A stretch of DNA of 56,981 nucleotides from a virus (Duplodnaviria > Caudoviricetes): IMG/VR virus record IMGVR_UViG_3300023184_002488, positions 1-56,981 of that record. One strand, given 5' to 3'. Shown piece by piece: positions 35,072 to 45,300 of the stretch. The position numbers and the translations under genes were made by a program. Every line of letters starts with the position of its first letter. The stretch's first letter is position 1. The notes beneath the pieces are model-generated. The model made no database searches and was not told where the DNA came from. It saw only the letters and a list, made by a program, of their open reading frames with translations.

Positions 35072-38000
35072 TTATGCCTTGACGTCGTTGATCAATGATT
35101 GATAATCGTTCCATAGCATATTTTGGATAGCTTCCTTAACTGCCATTGGATTATCACCTGGATATTCTTTACGATATTGTTTTTTAGCACGATTTAGATC
35201 ACCACCACTTGGAATAGATGCATCTAAGCCTGCTGTTTCTTCACGTGGTGAGTTTGTATATTCTACGTCACGTTCTTTTGGTCCATCTTCAGCGACTGTT
35301 TCACAGCCACATGGTGAACTACCGCAAGCACCACATGCTTCTTCAGCTTGTGTAGCTTGGATAGCGATCACTGGCATGCCTGATAGTTTACGAATTAGGT
35401 TAACCGCATCCTCTTCACCACTGGCTGACACGTTGATGTTGATGTCTTCTTTAACAGTATATTTCTTGCCATCAACTTCAAAGTCTTTAGCACCTGAGGC
35501 TTTAGCAGCCGCTAGTGCGCCTGAGAACTCGTTACCTTCTCCCATATCCATATTTTCTTCAGCTACTTTTTTGCTTGGCGGATTATTTCTTGCTTGAGCC
35601 GCTTTTAATGCTTTTTCTTTTGAGTAAGTTTGTTGAACTTTATGTCCTATGTATCCACCAGCGGCGGCACCAATTGGACCTCCTGCAAGGGCTCCAAGTG
35701 TTCCTCCAATAGCTGCTCCAGTAATACCTTCATCGCATTTGCATGGTGCGCAATCACATGTTGAACATGTTTCACCTTCACCAACTATCACAGCTGATGG
35801 CATAGAACCGCATTCAGCTAGATCTACATGACATGCAGCTAAGAACATTTCACGTTTGAAACGTGGATTTTGTTCCTTAAAGAAATCAGCATAGTGTAGA
35901 GCGTGTTCTTTACGTTTTTCTAGATCTTCAATGTCTTTGATAGTATCAGCACATTGACGGAAATCTTTACGTGTTGCGGCTTCTTCTAAAGTATGTGTCA
36001 ATGGACTTGCTGAATCACTTGGAGCCATTGCTGCAAGATTTTCATTGCACTTACATGGAGCGCAATCACATGCTTCACAAGTCTTAACAGGTAATCCTGC
36101 AAGTTTAGCGATCTCATCTAGCTCTTGTTGAACATTGACCACTGGAGTTAATACTGCTTCATCCATAGCTTCTTGTTCTGCTAGCTCTTGAGAATAGTGA
36201 TCCCATGCTTCTTTTGTTGTATAGATTGGGTGATTGCGGATCGCATCTTTGCCCTCTTTAACTGTTACTTTAGTCATTTTACCTTTACTATTTTTAATAG
36301 TATCTCCAAAATTAGTAGCCTCTTCTACTTGGCCTTTGTTATGTGCTTTCCATGTTGTAGCGTAAGCGATCGCTTTATCTTTACCAGATAAATGTCCGTC
36401 TTTGCTTAAAGATTTTTTAATACCCTTAACCATACGTTCAGCTTTAGCGCCTGGGGGTGCTACTTCGTCCATTTTATCATGTTTAGCACGGATCATAGCC
36501 ATTTTCTCTTTGCTTGCGCCTTCACGACCTGCTTTCTGTAGAGCTTGCATACCTTCTTTACCATATTTCTTCTTACCTAGGTATGCTTGTAGTCCGCTTT
36601 CATCTACTTCGTCTTTGTCTTCATCATCTTTTTGTGCGGCACCACCGTAGGCACGACCTTTAACGAAACGGCTTGATGACTTATAGTCATCATCTTTCTC
36701 AGCACGCTCATCTTCTTGCTTGTCTTTAAGAGCTTGTAGGCGTTTGCGTTTAGCAACAGCATCTTTGTCTATATCAGCCGGCTCGTGTTTTTTAGCATCT
36801 TTAGCCGCTGATTTCATTGGCTCATCAGTGTCGCCGTCTTTGTCAAGATCTAAGAAGTCTGGCTTAGCCGCTTCCTTTAGTTTTTTATATTCTACAGATC
36901 TAACTGCTTCAATGATGCTAGTTGGTTTTGTCATGGTGTTTTTTCCTAAATTTTGTTCTGCTAATGGTAAATCTTCTTGTGTTCCAGCCGGAACATTTGT
37001 ATTCACTCTCGCAGTAATTCCTGGTTTTGCACCTTGTACTGCTTTTAGTGCTTTTTCTTTAACTTTTGGATATGCTGATAAGAATTCTTTAAACTTTCTT
37101 CCTCTGAAGAATATTTCTAAATCTTCTCTGCTAGACAACACAGTGTCAATAGTTGGATCACCACCTGCACTAAAATCAATTCCATTGGCTTTCCAAGTTG
37201 CTAATGCAGCATACATTTGTGCATCTGTCATCCTAAATGGTCTTACGCCAAAGTCAAGATCTATATACGGTAATTTATTTTTCCAAGCTCTAGCAAGTAG
37301 GCCCCAGTTATATTTGCCAGCTTCAGGTGTTCCTTCTGGGTATCTAGATTCTTCTGTTAGGCTTTCTGCCGCTATATCTAAATCATCAATATCTGTGTAT
37401 TTCTTACGAGAATGTTTTTTAGGTTCTTCTTTTGCTTTACCTGCATTTTTATTGATGCTAATAACATCAGCACCTTGACCGGCTTGTTTATCTTGTTTAG
37501 CATCTGCTTTTACTTCTGGCTCAGGCTTTTTATCTGCTGCCGGGACATTATTCCAAACGCTGGTATCTTGCGAAGCCTCAGGAGGTTCAGGAGCTGTAGT
37601 TGGTTGCTCTGGAGCTATTGCGCCTTTCTCTACTTCTGCTCTGGCCGTATCAGAATCTTTTTCAATCTGTTGTGCAGCCTGTGCGGCCTTTTGATCTTGC
37701 GGTGTGACCTGACCTGATGCTACTTTAGCATTTAGGGCACGGAATCTTTGATCAGTGTTGTCGATGACTTTGCGTAGTGCATCTTGGTTGGCTTGTGTTT
37801 TAGCCAACATACCTTGTGTTTGTTCAATCTTTTGACGATCGGCTTGCTCGGCTTGTTCTGCACGCTCTAGTTCTTTTTCTTGTTTATTAACGTAAGACAC
37901 AATAGCTTCAAAATCATTTTTAGCCTGTGGTTTAGCAAATCTTGCTTTGGTCGCTAGTTTAACCACATCAGGATCTGCGCTTCTAGTTAGGTCATCTGCA

Positions 38001-38200
38001 GGAACTTCTACACTGGGTTCTTTACGTTTGGCCTTGGCTTCTTTAAAGCCCATAAAACGTTCTTCAAGTTGGGTAACCGCCGACATGATATCACCTCGAG
38101 GATCTACACTTTCGTAGATGGGCTCAGCGGTTGAGACTGGGTTGGCTTTAGGTGTTAGACCGTCAAGTTTTCCCAAGATATCATAGATGTTGTTGCTCAT
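35072..38200 (-). CDS. Large modular charged protein (prohead core/internal polyprotein candidate)
   Basis: 1042 aa of short unrelated modules separated by [ILVMF]-x-E sites; includes coiled coil, EF-hand-like loop, Cys repeats and a glycine zipper. Confidence 0.6.
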   Translation of the reverse strand: MSNNIYDILGKLDGLTPKANPVSTAEPIYESVDPRGDIMSAVTQLEERFMGFKEAKAKRKEPSVEVPADDLTRSADPDVVKLATKARFAKPQAKNDFEAIVSYVNKQEKELERAEQAEQADRQKIEQTQGMLAKTQANQDALRKVIDNTDQRFRALNAKVASGQVTPQDQKAAQAAQQIEKDSDTARAEVEKGAIAPEQPTTAPEPPEASQDTSVWNNVPAADKKPEPEVKADAKQDKQAGQGADVISINKNAGKAKEEPKKHSRKKYTDIDDLDIAAESLTEESRYPEGTPEAGKYNWGLLARAWKNKLPYIDLDFGVRPFRMTDAQMYAALATWKANGIDFSAGGDPTIDTVLSSREDLEIFFRGRKFKEFLSAYPKVKEKALKAVQGAKPGITARVNTNVPAGTQEDLPLAEQNLGKNTMTKPTSIIEAVRSVEYKKLKEAAKPDFLDLDKDGDTDEPMKSAAKDAKKHEPADIDKDAVAKRKRLQALKDKQEDERAEKDDDYKSSSRFVKGRAYGGAAQKDDEDKDEVDESGLQAYLGKKKYGKEGMQALQKAGREGASKEKMAMIRAKHDKMDEVAPPGAKAERMVKGIKKSLSKDGHLSGKDKAIAYATTWKAHNKGQVEEATNFGDTIKNSKGKMTKVTVKEGKDAIRNHPIYTTKEAWDHYSQELAEQEAMDEAVLTPVVNVQQELDEIAKLAGLPVKTCEACDCAPCKCNENLAAMAPSDSASPLTHTLEEAATRKDFRQCADTIKDIEDLEKRKEHALHYADFFKEQNPRFKREMFLAACHVDLAECGSMPSAVIVGEGETCSTCDCAPCKCDEGITGAAIGGTLGALAGGPIGAAAGGYIGHKVQQTYSKEKALKAAQARNNPPSKKVAEENMDMGEGNEFSGALAAAKASGAKDFEVDGKKYTVKEDININVSASGEEDAVNLIRKLSGMPVIAIQATQAEEACGACGSSPCGCETVAEDGPKERDVEYTNSPREETAGLDASIPSGGDLNRAKKQYRKEYPGDNPMAVKEAIQNMLWNDYQSLINDVKA
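35303..36079 (-). repeat. Three 11-aa Cys-rich repeats (C-x2-C-x4-C-x-C)
   Basis: CEACDCAPCKC 36047-36079, CSTCDCAPCKC 35735-35767, CGACGSSPCGC 35303-35335. Confidence 0.85.
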
Positions 38201-38201
38201 G

Positions 38202-38834
38202 CTATCTGCCTTTTACTGGACTTGGTATTTTGTTTTTTGTGCTACCCATTGGGCTTAGATCACCTGTTGGTACACTATTAGTAGTCTTACCGTATGCTGG
38301 ATCTTTGTCGCCACCAACGGTAGTATCATTACCAGCCACGTCAAACTTGGCTGTTTTGTTTAATTCTTTAAGGATAGTTTCTGCACCAGCATAGGCTTTA
38401 CTTGCAGCTTTTTGATCTGCACTGGCTTCTGGAAGCGGTTTGGTTAATACATCTTCACCTTGTTTAAATTCTTTGACATCGTTACCTTCTAAATTCCAAC
38501 GACGCTGTTCTTCTGGATGATTAGCGGGAACTACTACAACGTTAGCTAATGGGCAACCTAAACGTTCAGCCACGATAGCACGTAATTTTGCATCATTTAC
38601 TGGATATTTTAACACAGCATCCATTAAAAATATTTCGCAATTTGGAATGCTTGGAAAGTCAATATCATTGGCTTTGATTGGTAAGCGTTTTGGAGCACCT
38701 ACGCTTTCTACTGCGTATTCTTCTAGACCAACTTTAAGTCCGTCTAGTTTATCCTTAGGATCACAGTTAGCGATCTTGATGCGGAATTCATAAGTTTTTT
38801 GGACTTCTGAAAGATATTTTAAAAAGTTCTTCAT
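38202..38834 (-). CDS. Probable head protein
   Basis: MKNFLKYLSE-V resembles the T4 IP targeting peptide MKTYQEFIAE; late promoter GATAAATA at 38856-38863; AGGA RBS. Confidence 0.6.
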   Translation of the reverse strand: MKNFLKYLSEVQKTYEFRIKIANCDPKDKLDGLKVGLEEYAVESVGAPKRLPIKANDIDFPSIPNCEIFLMDAVLKYPVNDAKLRAIVAERLGCPLANVVVVPANHPEEQRRWNLEGNDVKEFKQGEDVLTKPLPEASADQKAASKAYAGAETILKELNKTAKFDVAGNDTTVGGDKDPAYGKTTNSVPTGDLSPMGSTKNKIPSPVKGR

Positions 38835-38854
38835 GTTTTAGTATCCTATTAGTG

Positions 38855-39355
38855 TTATTTATCAGATTTACCCAAGATCTGCTTGAGCAATTCGTTGCGA
38901 TCTAGTATCACTGCCCGCCCATCTTCTGCATCTACTATCTTATCTCCATCTGATTTATTGCTATCTTTGGCTATTTGTGCATCTAAACGAGCTTTTTTCA
39001 GCTGTAGATCAACCATACGTAGCTTCTTATCCAGCTTGGCTTGCTTGGCTGTGATAGCGTGTCCTAGCAGGGTGCCTGCTGTGGCTAGGATGTGTCCGCT
39101 GAAGCGTGCTTCAACGTTCATGCCTAGGTCAATTAGGTCCTGGAATTTTTCTTTAGCAAGATCACTGAGATCATCCAGCTCTTTATCGCTGATGTCTAGA
39201 TCATTGACATAGGGCAAGGCCGCATCAATCTTATCGATAGCTAGATCAACTTCTTTGATGATGGCGCGATTTTCTTCTATGTTGGATTTGGCTTCTTCTG
39301 GGGTTGTAGAGTCAGCAGGTGGTAGGTTAAATAGTTCTTCTAGTTTCTGTGTCAT
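38855..39355 (-). CDS. Helical protein, possible terminase small subunit
   Basis: Long helical/coiled-coil character, C-terminal DRNELLKQI; lies between gp4 and terL. Function inferred from position only. Confidence 0.45.
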   Translation of the reverse strand: MTQKLEELFNLPPADSTTPEEAKSNIEENRAIIKEVDLAIDKIDAALPYVNDLDISDKELDDLSDLAKEKFQDLIDLGMNVEARFSGHILATAGTLLGHAITAKQAKLDKKLRMVDLQLKKARLDAQIAKDSNKSDGDKIVDAEDGRAVILDRNELLKQILGKSDK

Positions 39356-39366
39356 AGTAGAAGTAT

Positions 39367-39798
39367 TTACCGCTTCTGATTCTTGAAGATATCAAACTCG
39401 GTTACTACTCTAAAGCGCATATTATTGGCTCGACACCAACTGTCGGCGGCTGCCCACTTGGCCATGTTCATCGCTACCATGAGTTTATCACGATAGCTAC
39501 GAGCTGATTCCATGGTGGCTTCTTTACTAGGTTTGATTTCTACTAGTTCTGTGTGCTGTCTTTGGTTAGCATCTACGTAGACCACTAAGAAGTCTGGCAC
39601 ATATATAGTTTGTTTACCTGATACAGGGTTAAAATAAGGAATCTTAACTCCTTCACTGACCCAATTTAATACTGCGGGATTGTTATCACAGAAGCTCATA
39701 AATGTAAATTCCCATGAACTGCGATAGCTGGGCAAGCGTTTACCCATGTATTTCTCAGGATTCTTAACTTGATATTTGCCTTGTGCGTATTTGCTCAT
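39367..39798 (-). CDS. gp4: Head completion nuclease, T4 gp4-like (TnsA-N fold)
   Basis: NPEKY, YRSSWE, W-x-SE, YVPDF, VEIKP, NMAKWAAA, FRVVTE. Confidence 0.88.
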   Translation of the reverse strand: MSKYAQGKYQVKNPEKYMGKRLPSYRSSWEFTFMSFCDNNPAVLNWVSEGVKIPYFNPVSGKQTIYVPDFLVVYVDANQRQHTELVEIKPSKEATMESARSYRDKLMVAMNMAKWAAADSWCRANNMRFRVVTEFDIFKNQKR

Positions 39799-40502
39799 TA
39801 TGCTAGAATAGTGCGGGTGATATACTTGCTGGTAAGTGGGCTATTGCTTAATCCTAATAGACTAGTACCCGAACGATTAAGATTTAGGAACATAGTTAAA
39901 TATGCATTAACTTCGCTGATACTATTATATGCTACACTTGGTCCCGGCTTGGCATATGGATCATCAGCTGTTGCTGATGTGCGTTGTGAATATTTTCCAG
40001 CGGTGTAGCTTACAAAAGAAAAATTATAGACAACCGTTTGACCTTGTAATGCTTGCTTTTGGGCCTGATAACCCTCAGGTGATACTATAGTTCCGTTGTT
40101 TGACTTGTAAAAAATGTCAAGTTCAGGAAGATAAAATAACTGTCCTTCGGGATAACTGGTTAGATTTTCTAATACGTCTTGATAGTTATTATATTCTGTT
40201 ATAACTGTTTCTGTCAAGGGAGTGATCACTGGCAGATTGGCTAGATTCTTATCACTGAGTTTTTTTAATTCTTGGACCAGACCAACTGGGTCTAGATTCT
40301 GTTGAGTGGCTGTATAGATCACAGCGGCAGCTAGAGTCTTACCAGCATCTACATCACCTGTGATTGATTGGAAGTAGGCGACAACAGTGTCGTTAGTCGC
40401 GGCACTGACGCTAGGAGTTTGTGTGTAATAATTGTTAAAGAATGTGGTAGTGCTCTGTGGTTGCCCTACATCAGTTGGTAAATTACCTGGAACTACTGCC
40501 AT
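39798..40502 (-). CDS. Hypothetical virion/baseplate-region protein
   Basis: In the late operon between the tube-like gene and gp4; AGGA RBS. Confidence 0.6.
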   Translation of the reverse strand: MAVVPGNLPTDVGQPQSTTTFFNNYYTQTPSVSAATNDTVVAYFQSITGDVDAGKTLAAAVIYTATQQNLDPVGLVQELKKLSDKNLANLPVITPLTETVITEYNNYQDVLENLTSYPEGQLFYLPELDIFYKSNNGTIVSPEGYQAQKQALQGQTVVYNFSFVSYTAGKYSQRTSATADDPYAKPGPSVAYNSISEVNAYLTMFLNLNRSGTSLLGLSNSPLTSKYITRTILA

Positions 40503-40514
40503 AGTTGTTTTCCT

Positions 40515-41579
40515 TTAATTCGTGCCTTGACCGCTGTTGGGATTTTGATTTTCAGCGGCATTCATATTACCACCACTGCCAGCGAATCCTGGGAATGACG
40601 GACCCGATGCTGATAATCCAGCTTTCACTGTGCTGCTCGTTGGAACAAAGATACTGCTTAATGGATTCTTACCTTTCATGATGTCATTGCCGATGAATGA
40701 TAGATCTAAACTTGGTGTTTGTTTGAGCTGTGTATTACTACCAGTTAAGATATTAAATACATTGATTCCATTCTGCACTGTCGACCCTACATCTCCGTTT
40801 TCTATACTATTTAATAGGCTTTGACCTTGACCTATCAATCCACCAAGACTGCGCAACGGACTCGGAGTATCGTCATAATGTATTTCATCAAAACCTAACA
40901 CTGTACCTTTATTAACTGGACCAGCCTGATACAGGACTGATTCATAACCAATAGTCATAGCATGTTCCATTGGTTCATACCCGCCTGCTGCGTGATCTCC
41001 GTGTTGGAAACTTTGTATCATTGGACGCACTAATGTATAGCTACTAAAACGTTTCTGATGTAGACTATAGATACGTATAGCATTTAGATAAGGCAAGTTA
41101 CCTGCAGATGACTTAGGACTAAAGCCCCAGTTCTGCTGTTGACGTTGTTTATACTTGCTGTCATCTTTATAATTGTCCAATTGATAGTCGCTGTCTCTAT
41201 AGTAGTGACTAAAATAACCATACCAAAATTTACGCACTACATCTGCACTGTCATCATGGAATGTGATGCTGACTGGGTCGTAGTTAACACGTTCTTGTTG
41301 GATGGTCTTGCGATTATAAGCATTGTAGGTTTTATTCTGTATAGTAAATTTGGGCAGTTGCACACTCTTGGCCATGAGACCTGTTTCAATCTGACTTATT
41401 TGATCGATGCCGGACATCGCGGTGTTAACATCCATGAACACATGGAATAGATTGTTTAGTTTAGGACTTAGTCTATATAGTCCATCGACAAAGGTCCGTG
41501 TGGCATGTTTATAGTCCTTGATGTTTTGTTGAGGGGCTATAGATTGCAGCAGTTGGCCAAATATATTATTCTGAGACAT
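40515..41579 (-). CDS. Tail-tube-fold baseplate protein (gp48/gp54-like)
   Basis: KSVQLPKF, NYDPVSITFHDD, YTLVRPMI, TIGYE; late promoter GATAAATA at 41599-41606. Confidence 0.65.
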   Translation of the reverse strand: MSQNNIFGQLLQSIAPQQNIKDYKHATRTFVDGLYRLSPKLNNLFHVFMDVNTAMSGIDQISQIETGLMAKSVQLPKFTIQNKTYNAYNRKTIQQERVNYDPVSITFHDDSADVVRKFWYGYFSHYYRDSDYQLDNYKDDSKYKQRQQQNWGFSPKSSAGNLPYLNAIRIYSLHQKRFSSYTLVRPMIQSFQHGDHAAGGYEPMEHAMTIGYESVLYQAGPVNKGTVLGFDEIHYDDTPSPLRSLGGLIGQGQSLLNSIENGDVGSTVQNGINVFNILTGSNTQLKQTPSLDLSFIGNDIMKGKNPLSSIFVPTSSTVKAGLSASGPSFPGFAGSGGNMNAAENQNPNSGQGTN

Positions 41580-41608
41580 TATCTCTTCCTGTTTATATTA
41601 TTTATCGC

Positions 41609-41641
41609 CAAAAAAAAGCCCGGATTTTAACCGAGCTTTTT
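41609..41641 (-). terminator. Intrinsic terminator after the tail tube gene
   Basis: A-run-GCCCGG...CCGAGC-T-run imperfect inverted repeat. Confidence 0.8.
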
Positions 41642-41658
41642 GAGTTGAGTCGTCTGGA

Positions 41659-42279
41659 TTAACCAGTAATAACTGTACCTAGTGTTCTTGTGATTGATGA
41701 ACCGATACCACTTGAACCTACTGGAGTTTGTAGAGCGTTGTCAAAACGGATTGTTAATTGGATCGTTGCAGCTTCGTTAGTAGCATAGTTAACATCACCG
41801 TAGTCAGCCGCTGTTAAGAAGCAACCATCTAACTGCCATGTTTCTAAAACGTTAGGAGTATTAGCACCATTGCCGCCATCAAGGATTTCAAGAACAGTTG
41901 TGAATTTATAATCAATACCTGAACTTGCTGATGATTGTTCAAAGAAGTCAAATTGTTTTTGCATCTGTTCACCAACACGACGAGTAACTTCGCCACCCGC
42001 ATCATCACGTAGCATGCAAGTAACAGTTTCCCAAGTTGGCTTACCAGCTAGGTATACCTTGCTGTTGTAGATGTCAATGGTAATTGGTTCCATTGAGACT
42101 TGTGGACGTTTAAAATCCATTACCTGTTTTGTTAGTTCAGTTGTAGGTTGTGTAACACCAAAGTTTAAGAAAGTTACGCGAAAGCGGAACTTTAGTTTCG
42201 GCATTAACAAGCCCTGTGAACTAGCACTTTGACTTGTTGATAATGGTACTGTAAAGTTGGTTAATGACGCTGTTGCCAT
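41659..42279 (-). CDS. gp19: Tail tube protein, gp19-like
   Basis: PKLKFRFRV, YLAGKPTW, LDGGNG, WQLDGCF, IRFDNA; immediately downstream of the sheath gene. Confidence 0.85.
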   Translation of the reverse strand: MATASLTNFTVPLSTSQSASSQGLLMPKLKFRFRVTFLNFGVTQPTTELTKQVMDFKRPQVSMEPITIDIYNSKVYLAGKPTWETVTCMLRDDAGGEVTRRVGEQMQKQFDFFEQSSASSGIDYKFTTVLEILDGGNGANTPNVLETWQLDGCFLTAADYGDVNYATNEAATIQLTIRFDNALQTPVGSSGIGSSITRTLGTVITG

Positions 42280-42355
42280 TTTGTATATCCTTTTATATAT
42301 TTACCTTTTATTGCCTACGCTTTGGGAGGAGTTAACCTCCCATTAACTGCGTATA

Positions 42356-45300
42356 TTATTGTATTGTTAAAGCTGCACCAGTGTTTTGTAAACGAACTGG
42401 AATGTAAATGAACTCAATCGCTTTAACTGGTTGTATCGCGATATCAACCCATAACTCATTGCGATCAATACGATCACCTGTGTTATTTGTTTCATCGCAT
42501 ACTACCAAATAGTCATAGATTGCACGTTTAGCGATCAAATCATGGAATACTGCGTTGAACGCTGACTCCACTTGACCACGTGTAATAGCATCATTTGGTT
42601 CAAAAATGTATGGCGTCGCAACTCTAGCTAGAACAGTTCTTAAGTAGCAGACTAAACGTGCTACGTTAATACGATCCATCGCTGATGTTGTTGCTGAACG
42701 TGTTTTTTGACCGTATGCAACTATACCAACACCTGGTAAGATCGTTAATGGATTAACTCTACCTGAGTATAATACATCACGTAGACCTGTAGTAACACCA
42801 ATACTTACAAATGTGCTGTCATTATTACGATCAACATAACCAATCGCTGTAACATTGTCTACTAGACCACGACGAACACCTGCTGGTGCAAACCATGGAT
42901 AGCTGACTGAATCACTGCGGATGATTGTGCGTAACATGATATGGCTTGGCGGAACTGCCACAGCATTGCCAGCTAGATCAGTGCCAAGACCACTTGGATA
43001 GTAAACACCTAGGTATTCACTGTTGCTGACTAGGCCTTCTTCGCCATTGTCCACTGCCAAGTTAGTATTATTAGCCCATTGTTGTAATGTTGTGCTGTTT
43101 GCAGGTAAGTCGATCGGGCTGTCACCAATGATGAATGCTGTGTTAGTGCGATCATTGTTTAATGTGATCATGTCGCTGATCAACTCTGGATATCCTGGGC
43201 AAACGATTAAGTTATACTGTGTGCCTTCTTCACGTAGCTCTGTGCTGGTTGCTATAGCTGATTTCATAGCTTCTACCACTGTGTTACGTTGTGCTTTATG
43301 ACCAAAGTATGGAACATTGGTTGTAGGATCTACACCACTATAACTTACCCATGCATCAACCTCAGTTGGTGGGTTAGCATCATTTTCAAAATAACCTACA
43401 CGGAATTTTTTAACATTGTAACCAGTGCGACGTGTGTTGAATAATAATGTACCACGAGCATATAGTCTATAGTCCGGAGTATCTGAATCAATATAGTCAC
43501 TGGTTAATAGTGAGCTAATGCTTGGTAGATCATCAGTGATTGGATTAACTGTACCATCTGTGTCCCAACGTGCATCTGCAAATAAGATACCGTTCGCATC
43601 AACATCATCTGCATTGTCGATTAGACTCCATGTAAGACCGTTATAACGGTATAACACTGGATAATTTTCTAAGTCAGCTTGTGATGTTGAAATCCATAGA
43701 TCACCTGCTACTAATGGTGTAGTTCCATCACTTTGTTTTGATGGTTGGCTAGCACTTAGGATAGGACCATATGGATCAGTGTTAGTTAAGTCATAACCAC
43801 GTGCATCAGTGGAAACATTTCTATAACCTTTCCAAGCTGTACCATCGCTGATCATGATATCTACATCCAATGGATTGCTATAATACCACAGTGTTCCATC
43901 ATCTGGGTTGCTGTATGGAGCCGTCGTTGAGTAAGTATAAGTCAACGGAGTGAACGGACTTGCTAGGTATACTAGACCTGCTGATATTGTTTGGATATGT
44001 GTATCATTGATAATACCAGCTGTAGTTAATGGAGTACCTGTGAGATATGTAAACTGCATAGTTCCACCAGCTAGATGACTGATGTAAATCCTACCGCTGG
44101 AATCAAAGCCTGCTGTGATATTTGGCAAGTTAGCTGATAAAATGCTGGTTACCAAGTTAGTTGCTGTATTAGCTGATAGTGTAACTGTAGCGTTAGCTAG
44201 TGTTGCTGAACCAGGAACAGTAACTTCCATCAAGAAGCTGTTACCTGACACGTATGTCGCTGAACCACCTGCTACGTTACCTGTTACTGTAAGCACACCT
44301 GCTACATTCTTGATAAACGGTTTAAATTGTGTTGTTGAAGTGCTAGCACTGTCATACTTAACGTATAATGTGCCTGCTGCTAATGTAGCACCACCACCAA
44401 CTGGATCTAATCCTTGTATAGCTGCCGCATCTGTAGCGTATAATGAGCTAGTCAATGATTGGAAGCTACTTGTTGTTGTGCTGTATTCTTTAATAGCCCA
44501 ATCAGCACCATTACCAGTCGCAGTTGTTTTTAACCAAACGCTGCCATTTGGGCGTGGTGTTACGTCTGTGTCTCTCCATGCTGGAGGATTTGTGTAACCT
44601 GCAAATGTCAGTGTTGGACCATTGTATGTGTATGTGTTGCCACCATTTGAAATTGTAGCGATATTAGATTGTAAGATACCTAAATTAGCTGCAACGTCAA
44701 GGTTACCTGTTAATACACTACCTAGTGTAATTGCTAGTGTGTTTGGTGTAGCTACAGCAGTATTGATAACACCACGTGCATTACCTGCAGCATTACTGTA
44801 GATAATCGTGCCACTGTTTACATATAGTTGGATCTGTCCAACTGAGTTAAGTGAAGCACTAACACCTGGAATAGTTGCGGCATTGATGTTAGTAACTGCT
44901 GAACTAATAGTAGTTCCAGTCATGTTAACCGTATTACCGTTGATGATTAATTTGCTACCTGCTGAAATTGTTACACCGCTGGTTGTACCACGAACTGCGG
45001 CAACTTGTGATTTCCAACTGTCGCTACCTACTATTGACCAACTATTGTTATAACCTTTGTAATAGATTGGGTTATTGCTGTTTGTTGAGTTAACAGCATA
45101 GTCACCAATACTACCAAATGATGCTAAAGGAGCGCCTGTTGAAGCACTACCTACTAGGTAGCCAACATCTGTAATGATCGTCGGAGTTGTGTATAAAAAG
45201 CCTTCTTCACTGTCCCATACATAGATACCCCAGTTTGTATTAGTTAGATCTAACCAATATGTGCCATCTGCTGGTGTGCCTGTTGGACGGATACTTGTGC

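Noticed and set aside
39367-39798. TnsA transposase of a Tn7-like element
   Set aside because: No tnsB/tnsC or terminal repeats; size, motifs and context match the gp4 head-completion nuclease.
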